64,000 nucleotides of DNA from an uncultured Nitrososphaeraceae archaeon. GTDB taxonomy: Archaea > Thermoproteota > Nitrososphaeria > Nitrososphaerales > Nitrososphaeraceae. The notes below the pieces were generated by a model. It was not told the origin of the DNA. It did no database searches and saw only the letters and a program-made list of their open reading frames with translations. The stretch is from assembly GCA_963765895.1 (NCBI GenBank), contig CAVXZB010000024.1, forward strand, positions 32,001 through 96,000. The letters are read 5' to 3'. Shown here piece after piece: positions 34,330 to 44,684 of the stretch (its first letter is position 1; the number at the start of each line of letters is the position of its first letter). The translations under genes were made by a program, and so were the position numbers.

Positions 34330-35975
34330 GCCTAGACCTTAAGAGGTTAGAGAAATGGTTCCCTGGAATATCGGTAAACCAACTAATTGATGCACTACCA
34401 TTTATTGCCCTAGATATCGAAAGCGTTACAGATAGTGAGATTAGAATAGAATATAATCCAAATAGACCAGATTTTAGTTCTGATCATGGGATAGCCAGAG
34501 CACTAAGGGGTTATCTAGGTATCGAAATTGGAGTTCCCAAATTCAATCTGACTCGAACCAATAAATATAAAATATTGTCCGATAGCTCTAAAAATCTTTC
34601 TCGACCTTTTATAACTGGACTGGTGGCTAAAAATAGAAGGCTAGGTGATCCAGATATCAGACAGTTATCTGGCCTCCAAGAGGATCTCCATGATGGTATC
34701 GGAAGGAAGAAGATAAAGGCTTCAATAGGTATTTATTCATTAAGTGATATAAAATTTCCACTAAGATATACTTCAGTTTCAAATGATTTTTCCTTTACTT
34801 TTATGAACGGATCATCGGCAACCACGGTCGCCGAATTACTAAATAACCGCGCTTCGGGGACTAAATACCAAAAATTGCAAAAAAAGTCAGGTGGAAACTA
34901 CTCGGCGTTACTAGACAAGAGTAATCAACTAATCTCCATACCACCGCTAGCAAACGGTGTTTCTAGAACTACAGAACCAGGCGTAAGCAATTTATTCATA
35001 GAAGCAACTTCAGTAGATCGCAAGCTTGCCGAAGACATCATCGCTATACTGGCAGCAACGGTATATGATATAGGATTTACACTCCATAGCGTAGTCGTGG
35101 AAACACCTGAAGCCATCAACTACTCACCTAATTTGAAATCCTCACAGATGGTAATAACAACCGACCAAGTTAACGCGACGCTTGGAACAAAGTTATCTAC
35201 CGAAGAAATTATGATGTCTTTAAGGAGGTGTCGTTTAGATGCTAGAGCGGTTAAGAAGGATAACCGAAATATTATTTGCACCATTCCCAGATATAGAGTA
35301 GATATTATCGATAAAATCGATATTGTGGATGAGGTCGCTATAGGCTATGGAATAAACAATCTCATTCCATCTATACCATTTTCCAACATATCTGGAAATC
35401 TGAACTTACTTTCACGCTATCTCGGCATCATAAGAGTAACTATGGTTGGTCTAGGATTTTTGGAAGTAAATAACTTTAGTCTTATCGATAAGAATATACA
35501 ATTTGATTATATGGGCATTGAATGGCAACCTGACAAAGTACTAACTGTCGAAGGTGCTCAAAATGTCGGACTCGATAATCTACGCGACTCATTACTGCCC
35601 TCTTTGATGCAGAATCTCTCTCGCAATATCCATGAAACCTACCCGCAGAAGATATTTGAAATAGCAAAAGTCTTTAGTAACGAGACGAATCTAGAGCAGT
35701 GGCATCTAGCAGTGTTGCTAGCAGCTACCAAATCTAACTTTACCGAAGCGAAATCAGTGTTGCAAGGACTCCTTGAATCCTCATTTGCCAAGGAAATAAA
35801 AACCGAACCCGAGAAACGCTCATACTTCACTGATGGAAGATGTGCGAAGGTTATCATAGACTCTGAGTGGATTGGAGAACTAGGCGAAATCTCAGCCTCA
35901 ACTAGAGATAGTTTCAAATTGAGAGTCCCGGTAGCCGGTTTCGAGATTAATCTTTCTAGAGTACTGCACATATAG
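34317..35975 (+). CDS. pheT: Phenylalanyl-tRNA synthetase beta
   Basis: EYNPNRPD, IPRYRVDI...DIVDEVAIGYG; overlaps the pheS end. Confidence 0.93.
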   Translation: MPVVSLDLKRLEKWFPGISVNQLIDALPFIALDIESVTDSEIRIEYNPNRPDFSSDHGIARALRGYLGIEIGVPKFNLTRTNKYKILSDSSKNLSRPFITGLVAKNRRLGDPDIRQLSGLQEDLHDGIGRKKIKASIGIYSLSDIKFPLRYTSVSNDFSFTFMNGSSATTVAELLNNRASGTKYQKLQKKSGGNYSALLDKSNQLISIPPLANGVSRTTEPGVSNLFIEATSVDRKLAEDIIAILAATVYDIGFTLHSVVVETPEAINYSPNLKSSQMVITTDQVNATLGTKLSTEEIMMSLRRCRLDARAVKKDNRNIICTIPRYRVDIIDKIDIVDEVAIGYGINNLIPSIPFSNISGNLNLLSRYLGIIRVTMVGLGFLEVNNFSLIDKNIQFDYMGIEWQPDKVLTVEGAQNVGLDNLRDSLLPSLMQNLSRNIHETYPQKIFEIAKVFSNETNLEQWHLAVLLAATKSNFTEAKSVLQGLLESSFAKEIKTEPEKRSYFTDGRCAKVIIDSEWIGELGEISASTRDSFKLRVPVAGFEINLSRVLHI

Positions 35976-36302
35976 GATCCTGATGTTTATATTTTGGAAA
36001 TGTTATCAGATACATGCCTGGCCTAATTTGAGTGTCTGTTTACGAGGTCACCACGTGAATCACTTGGTATGCGTTGTATCAGAACTCAATTTGAGCCATA
36101 GGCAACCCCGTAAAAGAGAGTGCACTAGGAGGAATACACAAAGTTGTATGGCTACCTGTGATTAGGTGTGAGTCAGAGACGGGGCACATTTACTACTTCT
36201 TGAAATTGTCAGATTAGATCAAAAAATCTTTGCTCTCCATAACCTGGATCACTTTGAAGGTAATATGTTACTATGAACAGTTTAAGAATATACCGTTAAC
36301 TT

Positions 36303-36479
36303 TCATTGAGTAAGATCAGTGATGCTATTCTTGATGACAGTTTTGGCCTCAGCTGATATGTTATATTGATTTAAAATCTCTGCTGGTGCTCGTATGAGCT
36401 GATTTCTAAAGTCAGGTTCACTCGCAGCCTTAAGTAGAATATCGCTAATAATCTCAGCTTCCTTCTGTCTAGAGTCCAA
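36303..36479 (-). CDS. 58-aa NHLP-clan leader-like peptide, candidate RiPP precursor or partner (not in ORF track)
   Basis: TTG start; MDSRQKEAEIISDILLKAASEPDFRNQLIRAPAEILNQYNISAEAKTVIKNSITDLTQ*; minus-strand TTATATA about 26 nt upstream fits a leaderless mRNA. Confidence 0.75.
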   Translation of the reverse strand: MDSRQKEAEIISDILLKAASEPDFRNQLIRAPAEILNQYNISAEAKTVIKNSITDLTQ

Positions 36480-36812
36480 TCAGCAAATCGGTTGCATGAT
36501 TCCAGTATATAATCTTAATGAATAGTATATAAGCCAATCTAACCATTAAATAATTTTTCTGTATTTAGCTCCTTTATACGTTCGACTGCTTTATCCTTTT
36601 AAAACTAATTTCTTGTAACCATTTTTGAGTGCTCATTCTTCCTCGCATTTTCTAAAATATTAAATATTTTGTCTTTTTATCGCATTAGAATAAAACCACC
36701 ATCCAACGCAGGATTACCATTCATAAGATCTCATTCCACTAGGCTGAATGTTCAAGGCTTAGCTTTGATAAGAATTAAATGCTGGCCTTTAATGGGAATA
36801 GTCAACTAAATA

Positions 36813-38120
36813 TTGCAATTACAAAGCCGAAGGAAATGGACTGCTGAAGGAACATCGAGAGTTCAGCCTCCTAACTTGACTCTCATAAACATCAGGCCAT
36901 TATCAAAAATTATTGGGCTTACAAGGTTGGCAGACATTACTGGGTTGGATGTACTCGCTATCCCCAATTACTCGGCAGTTGTCCCTGGAACTCTCGATTA
37001 CATATGGGTCTATAGTGGGAAAGGTCCAACAAGGAGACATGCGATGGCTAGTGCAATTATGGAATCGATCGAAAGATACTCTTCATTACCAAACACCGAC
37101 AATAGGAACCTGATTCGATCGAGCTATGAAGAGCTTTCGAAGAGATATACTGTTGTGCATCCTGATCAAATCTGCGAACCTACCCGATTTCAATTTAGAG
37201 ACGATATGCAGATGGACTATCTGTCGGGCTTTGACTTGCTAAACGATAGAGAAGTAATGGTACCTGCCTCCCTTGCATTGTTCAGATACGAGCCTATACC
37301 CCCTTCTGTTAATCCCTTTTCATTCTATCACACAAACGGATTGGCTTCTGGAAATGTTATGGAAGAGGCCATATGCCACTCTTTATGTGAATTGATTGAA
37401 CGCGATGCCCTTAGTCTTGCCGAACTGCGCGCCAGTGCAATTCCATTTCATTACGTGAGACATATCGCAGAGGCATTGAGAGCCCATGGGTTTTCCAGTC
37501 CTACAATTACTATTGATAAATTTAAGGATGAGTTTGGAATATTTTCTGATGTCGATTTTTCAGATATGGAATTTGAACCGGTACAGAACCTTATCAAAAT
37601 CTTTGAAAGAAATCACATATCTCTAATCGTTAAGGATATAACGACTGAAATCGGTATCCCAACATTCAATGCGGCAAGCGTTGAATGGGTTACGCATGAT
37701 TATGGCTACTTAGCTGAAGGGCATGGGACCCATCCAGATCCCAGAGTTGCATTGTTGCGCGCAATAACAGAAGTCTCACAAACAAGGGCGGCCAATATCC
37801 AAGGGGCCAGGGACGACCTTAGAAAAGTAAAATACAGCCAAGAGAATACAGATGAAAAGCGTTCATGGCGATTTGTTCCGTCCGAGAAGAGTATTAAGTA
37901 TTCCGAGATAGCTGGTTACTACAATCCCGATATACTTGACGATATAAAATTAATACTAGATCGACTGAGGAAGGCAGGTCTAACCCAGGTGATAATCGTC
38001 AATTTGACAAATAGTAAACTGCAGATTCCTGTAGTTAGGGCAGTAGTACCAGGTCTTGAGACATTTAAGATAACTAAGTCAGTCGTAGGTTGGAGAGCGA
38101 GGAAATTTTTTAAGAAATGA
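36813..38120 (+). CDS. ycaO: YcaO-family ATP-dependent backbone-modifying enzyme (TfuA-associated, thioamide type)
   Basis: SGKG, MESIER, TNGLASGN, ELIERDA, EVSQTRA.NIQGARDD, PVVRAVVPGLE; no C-terminal PxP. Confidence 0.93.
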   Translation: MQLQSRRKWTAEGTSRVQPPNLTLINIRPLSKIIGLTRLADITGLDVLAIPNYSAVVPGTLDYIWVYSGKGPTRRHAMASAIMESIERYSSLPNTDNRNLIRSSYEELSKRYTVVHPDQICEPTRFQFRDDMQMDYLSGFDLLNDREVMVPASLALFRYEPIPPSVNPFSFYHTNGLASGNVMEEAICHSLCELIERDALSLAELRASAIPFHYVRHIAEALRAHGFSSPTITIDKFKDEFGIFSDVDFSDMEFEPVQNLIKIFERNHISLIVKDITTEIGIPTFNAASVEWVTHDYGYLAEGHGTHPDPRVALLRAITEVSQTRAANIQGARDDLRKVKYSQENTDEKRSWRFVPSEKSIKYSEIAGYYNPDILDDIKLILDRLRKAGLTQVIIVNLTNSKLQIPVVRAVVPGLETFKITKSVVGWRARKFFKK

Positions 38121-38800
38121 AAAGACCTATTGTTTTTCTTGGTCCAAGCATGAATAGTGAAAAGGCAAAGGAGGTATTCGATGCTGAGTACAGACCCCCA
38201 GCGAAAAAGGGAGATCTATTGCGACTTGGATTATCCTCAGACGGTTCTATAGTCGGTTTGGTGGATGGAATGTTTCTCCAGGATTATCCGCCGACTCCTA
38301 TAGAGGTATATCAGCTCGTAACTAAGAAAAACGTTATCGTCGTAGGTGCAGCAAGTCTCGGCGCTTTGAGAGCTGTAGAACTCGAGCGTTTTGGGATGAT
38401 AGGGATTGGTACGATTTTTAATTTATACAGAAAGGGCATAGTCTCAGCCGATGACGAGGTTGCTGTCACATTTGAGGAAAACAGTTATAGGTTACAATCT
38501 GAAGCAATGATTGATATAAGATTTAATCTGTTTCTAGCAGAAAAGCGAGGCATTATTAACAATCAGACAAGAAAAATACTTATCAAAATAGCAAAGAAGT
38601 TTTACTTTCCATTACGTAGCTACAACGATATACTTGATTATTCAGTCAGAGAGATCCCTGAATACGCAGATCAATTTGAACTATTTAGATCATATATTGC
38701 TTCTAATAGAATCAGCCTGAAAGAATTGGACACAATCAAGTTAATCAAGTATATAAAGGCCAAGTATGAACAACTCAACAAAAATGGACAAATAAACTAA
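38117..38800 (+). CDS. tfuA: TfuA-like protein
   Basis: VFLGPS, PPAKKGDL, GLVDG, GAASLGALRAVEL, DDEVAV; ATGA overlap with the ycaO stop. Confidence 0.93.
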   Translation: MKRPIVFLGPSMNSEKAKEVFDAEYRPPAKKGDLLRLGLSSDGSIVGLVDGMFLQDYPPTPIEVYQLVTKKNVIVVGAASLGALRAVELERFGMIGIGTIFNLYRKGIVSADDEVAVTFEENSYRLQSEAMIDIRFNLFLAEKRGIINNQTRKILIKIAKKFYFPLRSYNDILDYSVREIPEYADQFELFRSYIASNRISLKELDTIKLIKYIKAKYEQLNKNGQIN

Positions 38801-38850
38801 TTACGCTAGATTAACAAATTTCATCTCTAATTGTATATACTATTTATGAA

Positions 38851-39444
38851 TTAACTCTTCCGAATAGATTGTTCCTTAAACCAATTCAAGAAATAGCCAA
38901 TAGAACCTCCTAGTGGTAACGCATCTTCTCTTTTTACATTATATCCCAACAAGACCATTCTATGTAGCAGACGTGTTTGTAATTCTGCAGGTAATTTGTC
39001 TTCACTCAATGGAGGAAAGAGCTCAAAAAAGTATTGTTGTTTATAATATGCTACATGCTGCACAAAACATGCAGACAGAATTGTAGGATCCCCAGAAATT
39101 CTTTTGTGCATTTCAAAATCCTGTCCGTGTCTTTCTGCATGTAACTGTAACACACGTCGATTAAAATTTTCGCGAATTGATTCAGAATTCAATCTATTGG
39201 AGGTTTCTGTAAGGGCTTTGATCTCGTTAACAAGCTGATTCACAGTTCTCCTTGCCAAATCAACTGCGGTTGGCAATTCAGCAGAAGTAACTCCAAAATC
39301 CTTACCAAATAGGTAAAAAGACGCCATTAGCTCATGCTTTGCCATAATTGGAAATTCTAATTTTCCATCAGTAAAGTTCAATATTCTAGAAGAAATATCT
39401 GTAGGTTCAAAAATTCCCATATATGAATCTGCCAGAACTCCCAA
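38851..39444 (-). CDS. Hypothetical protein
   Basis: 197-aa ORF convergent with tfuA; TATA-like element upstream. Confidence 0.7.
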   Translation of the reverse strand: MGVLADSYMGIFEPTDISSRILNFTDGKLEFPIMAKHELMASFYLFGKDFGVTSAELPTAVDLARRTVNQLVNEIKALTETSNRLNSESIRENFNRRVLQLHAERHGQDFEMHKRISGDPTILSACFVQHVAYYKQQYFFELFPPLSEDKLPAELQTRLLHRMVLLGYNVKREDALPLGGSIGYFLNWFKEQSIRKS

Positions 39445-39727
39445 CTTGCTTCAGGTTAGATCATTACTCAAATATATAACTGTAATATCACATAATTCAT
39501 TAATTTGAAAATATATCAATTTAGAGTAGTTTCATGAGGCAAATTGCGAGTGGTTACTTCTACTTCGTGCTCTAAAGGGTACATTAATTTGTGATTGGTT
39601 GTAGGTCATACCGCTTCATCGGATTCGACGTTAACTAAATCAATGAGTATTGCATGAAACTCAATCAGGATCAAAATGACATTAATTTATCACACGTATT
39701 GGTGCGAGAATTCGTGCAAAATGACAA

Positions 39728-40789
39728 TTGTGGGCACACGTAAAATTCAGAAATAACACAATGACGAACATCCTTTTTCACTGCGATAATATCGAGGCAA
39801 TGGAATATCTAATAAAAAACGGCTTTGAGAATAAAATTGACCTTATATATATAGACCCGCCATTTTTAACGAGAGATAAGTATTTTTTGAGAATCCAGGG
39901 CAGTCAAAGGCTCGCTTTCGATGATACGTTTAGAGGTGGAAATCCATTAAAAATTTATTTGGATAGCATGTATCCCCGGCTGAAAAATATAAGACGTTTA
40001 CTGTCACCTTCGGGATCTCTTTTCATTCACATGGATTGGCATATGGTGCACTACATAAAAGTAGTTATGGATGAATTGTTCGGTTATCGCAACTTTCGAA
40101 ACGAGATAGTGATTAAAAGGGGTAGGAGAAAGAATTTGCTTTATCAGTTCAAATCCATGGGCAGAATGCATATTGCAAACGATTCGATTTTATGGTATTC
40201 GAAGGATACCTCAGCAAAGTTCCCATTACCAATGAAAGTGAATACAGTAGACTCAAAATGGATGGGATTTTGGAGTAATGTAAATAGACCTACTATGCGT
40301 TACAATCTTCTAGGTTATATACCGGAAAGGGGTCAATGGAAATGGACCAGATCCAGGGCCATGAAGGCCGTACACAACTATAAGCGCTATCAGTGTTATT
40401 TTTCACAAGTTCCGCTTGAAAAATATTGGCTCCAAACGGGCAGAAGGTTAGAGTTTGTCCGGAAAAGAGAAGAAGTTAAGTATGCTGAATATTGGATACC
40501 ACCAAAGAGTAGGACAGTCTTGGATAACATCTGGCTAGATGTAGAAAGCTATGGATATTCAACTGGATATGAGACAGAAAAGCATGAACAATTATTAGAA
40601 AGAATTATTGGCCAGTTTTCCTATCCTAAGGCATTAGTTGCCGATTTCTTTTGCGGATCTGGGACATCTTTAGTCGCTGCCGCAAGATTGGCAAGAAATT
40701 GGATTGGATGCGACTCCTCCACTCAGGCTATTAACGTAGCACGAAAGAGACTGTTTAATACTAGCTATAAGCTAATAAGGCTGGCTTGA
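39728..40789 (+). CDS. Beta-class N6-adenine/N4-cytosine DNA methyltransferase (Mod-like), orphan
   Basis: DLIYIDPPF catalytic motif N-terminal; DFFCGSGT SAM motif C-terminal; NFRNEI. Confidence 0.9.
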   Translation: MWAHVKFRNNTMTNILFHCDNIEAMEYLIKNGFENKIDLIYIDPPFLTRDKYFLRIQGSQRLAFDDTFRGGNPLKIYLDSMYPRLKNIRRLLSPSGSLFIHMDWHMVHYIKVVMDELFGYRNFRNEIVIKRGRRKNLLYQFKSMGRMHIANDSILWYSKDTSAKFPLPMKVNTVDSKWMGFWSNVNRPTMRYNLLGYIPERGQWKWTRSRAMKAVHNYKRYQCYFSQVPLEKYWLQTGRRLEFVRKREEVKYAEYWIPPKSRTVLDNIWLDVESYGYSTGYETEKHEQLLERIIGQFSYPKALVADFFCGSGTSLVAAARLARNWIGCDSSTQAINVARKRLFNTSYKLIRLA

Positions 40790-41076
40790 TATTCTATTCC
40801 TATTTAGTTTGCTATGGATTACACTCGATTAACAATATATCAAGTCAAACTTACATCTATTCATGTATCGAAGTACGAGACCCGCTACTATAAAATGACA
40901 GAAAGAACACTGCTAAGTCAGATTCCTTCCTAATCACTGGACTTATAGACCGTATAAAGCAATACGATATCAGAGAATCAGATATTAGCGAAAGGAGGAA
41001 AATTAGGAACAATTGGTATCTAACTAGTAGGTGATAACAAAACGCACATTAGGCCGATAGGTGTAAAATTTTCAAG

Positions 41077-41508
41077 ATGCCTGCACAATCGAAAATTGAC
41101 TATGAAAAGCTACTTGGTCGTCTACAACAAAATGTTAGCAGTACCAATCGAAGAGAGGTATCTCGTTTGGAAATTCCCGATCCTCAGGTAATATGGGTAG
41201 GACAACGTACCATATTCAGAAACTTTATGGATTTCCCAAAAGCCCTAAGAAGAGAACCAGAAAAGCTTTTGTTATACCTCAACAAGGAATTAGCCTCTGC
41301 CGGTTATATTGCGGGTGATAGAGTCATTTTTCTAGGACGAAAGGAGCCTTCCTCATTTGGTGCACTTATTGATAGATATGTCAAGGACTATGTCATATGC
41401 CCGGTATGTGGGAGTCCTGATACGAGAACTGAAAAAAGCAAGAAATTAGGCTTTCTATTATGCGAAGCATGTGGAGCAAGATCATCCATAAAGGGAAATT
41501 ATGCATAA
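41077..41508 (+). CDS. eif2b: Translation initiation factor aIF-2 beta
   Basis: TIFRNF, YVICPVCGSPDT...CEACGA. Confidence 0.93.
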   Translation: MPAQSKIDYEKLLGRLQQNVSSTNRREVSRLEIPDPQVIWVGQRTIFRNFMDFPKALRREPEKLLLYLNKELASAGYIAGDRVIFLGRKEPSSFGALIDRYVKDYVICPVCGSPDTRTEKSKKLGFLLCEACGARSSIKGNYA

Positions 41509-41689
41509 GCAAGGTAAAATGAAAGAATCCTTATGGACTTGAAAGATTTCTCGAAGAAGGACAGTAATTCCGTTCATATTATAAAAAATAGGATCATATT
41601 CGGAATTAATATATATAAGTTTTAACCCGGAAATTGGAAAATATTGACTAACAGTTCTAAGTAGAGAGATTACAATTTGCTTTCATACA

Positions 41690-41917
41690 ATGACTGCAAT
41701 AATGTCACTTAACCAAGATACGCCGGTTCCAGCCTCTGATAGCATCTTTTCAAAGGGGCAAAGCTGGGGTGCGCTAAGAAAAGCGTGGAAAGGCTACCGG
41801 ATCGCCAAGGTCCAAGCTGATAATCCCAAAATGACAGAATACGCAACAAAGATTAGAAAGATACAAGGAGAATTGGGTATCGAAGTTGCCACTTTTCCAA
41901 ACTTAGGGATCTCCTAA
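41690..41917 (+). CDS. Small hypothetical protein
   Basis: KGQSWGALRKAWKGYRIAK..YATKIRKIQGELGI; T-rich tract downstream. Confidence 0.7.
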   Translation: MTAIMSLNQDTPVPASDSIFSKGQSWGALRKAWKGYRIAKVQADNPKMTEYATKIRKIQGELGIEVATFPNLGIS

Positions 41918-42154
41918 TCTGGTTTATTTTTTCACTTAACCAAATAAGTGTAGTCGATTTCCAAAATCTCAATCTTTTTATCAAATTATAATAATATGTG
42001 TGGCATTTATAAGAAAAATCCTATTTTATGTTAATAGCAGATTATTAAAAATCTGCTGCAACTTTCAGTATAAAGAATCTTGCAGAAACCGATATGTAAT
42101 TATCAGGCTTCTGAATAGCTTCCATCAGCTGAGCGCTATTGGAGGAGAAGGCAA

Positions 42155-42760
42155 ATGGTAATTAATGAGGATGAGCAGGAAGATGAATTTAATAACAAGA
42201 TAGACTCGACTGATCTTGACAAGACCAAAGCATTAGAACAGGAACTGGCCGAGGTAAAAGAAATGTTGTCTACTACAAAAGAGCTAGCTGACAGCAATCT
42301 CAATAAACTAAAGTATATGGCCGCAGATTTCGACAACTATCGAAAACAGATTGAAAGACAGATGAATTCCAAGATAGAATCGAGCAGAGGCGAGCTTCTA
42401 TCTAAATTTTTGAATGTTTACGATGATTTCACAAGGGCCCTAGAGATGGCAGAGCAAAGCAAGTCCGATTCCTTGGTGATAGAAGGCCTACAAGGTATCA
42501 AAAAGAACCTAGAACATTTGCTAGAATCAGAACAAGTCAGAGAGATCGAAGCCATCGGCACCCCATTTGATCCAAATATTCATGATGCTATAAGCTTCTC
42601 TTATCGCGACGATTTGCCAGAGAGTACAGTCACCAAAGAAATAAGGAAGGGATACATGCTAAATGACAAAATTCTGAGACCAAGTCTGGTCGAAGTCTCC
42701 AAAAAGATAATTAAAAATATCGATAATGATAGAGAGAACATGGAAAAGGAATCTGAATAA
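42155..42760 (+). CDS. grpE: Nucleotide exchange factor GrpE
   Basis: ADFDNYRK, FDPNIHDA, KGYML..KILRPS.V. Confidence 0.95.
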   Translation: MVINEDEQEDEFNNKIDSTDLDKTKALEQELAEVKEMLSTTKELADSNLNKLKYMAADFDNYRKQIERQMNSKIESSRGELLSKFLNVYDDFTRALEMAEQSKSDSLVIEGLQGIKKNLEHLLESEQVREIEAIGTPFDPNIHDAISFSYRDDLPESTVTKEIRKGYMLNDKILRPSLVEVSKKIIKNIDNDRENMEKESE

Positions 42761-42765
42761 TAAAT

Positions 42766-44642
42766 ATGGCAAAAATAATAGGAATTGATCTAGGAACAAG
42801 TAATTCAGCAGCTGGCAGCAATGATTGGTGGCAAACCCTCAATTATACAAGCGGCTGAAGGTACTTCCATCGGTGGAAAGGCATTTCCATCAGTTGTTGC
42901 GTTCACCCGAGATGGCCAATTGATAGTAGGCGAACCCGCAAGAAGACAAATGGTTTCAAATGCAGAAGGGACAATTGTTGGCGCAAAACGCAAAATGGGT
43001 ACTGAATTCAAATTCAGCGTATTTGGAAAGCAATATACTCCTCAGCAGATCTCTGCATTTATATTACAAAAAATTAAAAAGGACGCCGAAGCTTTTCTGG
43101 GCGAGACTGTAGATAAAGCTGTTATTACTGTCCCAGCATACTTTAATGACAACCAGAGACAAGCAACTAAGGATGCAGGAGAAATCGCCGGATTGCAGGT
43201 TGTTAGAATCATTAATGAACCAACAGCTGCCTCTCTAGCCTTTGGTCTTGATAAAGTTCAGAAGGATTTGAAAATTGTCGTCTTCGATCTGGGCGGAGGC
43301 ACACTAGATGTCACAGTAATGGAAATGGGAGGTGGTGTGTTTCAGGTCAAGAGTACATCGGGCGATACTCAGTTGGGTGGTACCGATATGGATAACTCAC
43401 TGGTAGAATTTGTACTTGATGAGTTTAAAAAACAGTCTGGGTTAGATATTAGAAACGATAAGGCAGCGATGATGAGAGTTCGTGAGGCAGCCGAGAAGGC
43501 TAAGATAGAACTTTCGAATGTTGTTACAACTGAAATTAATTTACCATTTCTCGCATACGATCCTGCCACAGGTCCCAAGAATCTAGTGCTTCCGATAACG
43601 AGGGCTAAGCTAGAAGAACTTATGCGTCCTATAATTGAACGATGTAGGGGTCCAATGCTTCAGGCTCTACAGGACGCAAAGTTAACTCCACCAGATATTG
43701 ATAAGATTATACTAGTGGGGGGTCCAACCAGAATGCCCATAGTTAGACAATTTATTTCAACAGTTATGAGCAAAGAGCCCGAAGGGGGAATTGATCCTAT
43801 GGAAGCGGTCGCAATGGGCGCAGCAATTCAGGCAGCAATCATAGCGGGAGATGTCTCTACAGATATTCTTCTGGTTGATGTCACTCCTTTGACACTCGGT
43901 GTTGAAGTTCTGAATGGATTAAAGGAGCCATTAATTGACCGTAATACCACTATTCCAACAAAGAAAAGCAAAGTCTTTACGACTGCTGCCGACTATCAGA
44001 CCGCAGTTACTATCCATGTTGTACAGGGAGAACGTGCTATGGCGTCAGATTGTGTTTCTTTGGGCATGTTTAACCTTTCTGGCCTTCCGCCAGCTCCTAG
44101 AGGAGTACCTCAGATTGAGGTTGCCTTTGACATAGACGCAAATGGAATTCTCAATGTTACGGCAAAAGACCTCGCAACTGCCAAAGAGGCAAAAATTACA
44201 ATTACAGCTAACAGTAAACTTGGAAAGGATGAAATAGAAAAGCTGAAGAATGAAGCGGATCAGTTTGCAGAGGCAGATAAAAAGAAGAAAGAAGAGGCCG
44301 AAGTGAAAAATGAGGCTGATAACTTGGTATACGCAGCCGAAAAGTTAGTAAAGCAAGATCTAAAAGATAAGATAAAACCAGAGCAGAGTGAAAAAATCAA
44401 TAAAGCGGCATCAGAGCTCAAGGATGCTATAACGTCGAATAACTTGGACAATATTAAGACAAAGATCCAAGACATTAAAAATATTCTTGCTGAAGTGAGC
44501 ACAGAAGTATATAAGTCAGCCGGAGCTTGCTGCGGCTGCGGCTCCTGGCCAGACAGGACCTACAGAAGATCAACAGGCAACTGCAGGATATACTGATGCA
44601 GGTGGTGGCGGCAATCCCACGGGAACGCCGCCCCCATCATAA
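42766..44642 (+). CDS. dnaK: DnaK/Hsp70, +1 frameshifts near 42814 and 44528
   Basis: [14 protein letters not shown] upstream of the track ORF; [20 protein letters not shown]; corrected C-terminus ..[10 protein letters not shown]. Confidence 0.96.
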
Positions 44643-44684
44643 TTTGTTTATGATTGGATCGAGAAAAATAAAGGGTTTTAGAAG

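Noticed and set aside
35983-36165. 60-aa Cys/His-rich ORF after pheT as a YcaO precursor
   Set aside because: No leader signature or coherent motif; the minus-strand 58-aa ORF has a family-like pattern and a well-placed TATA box
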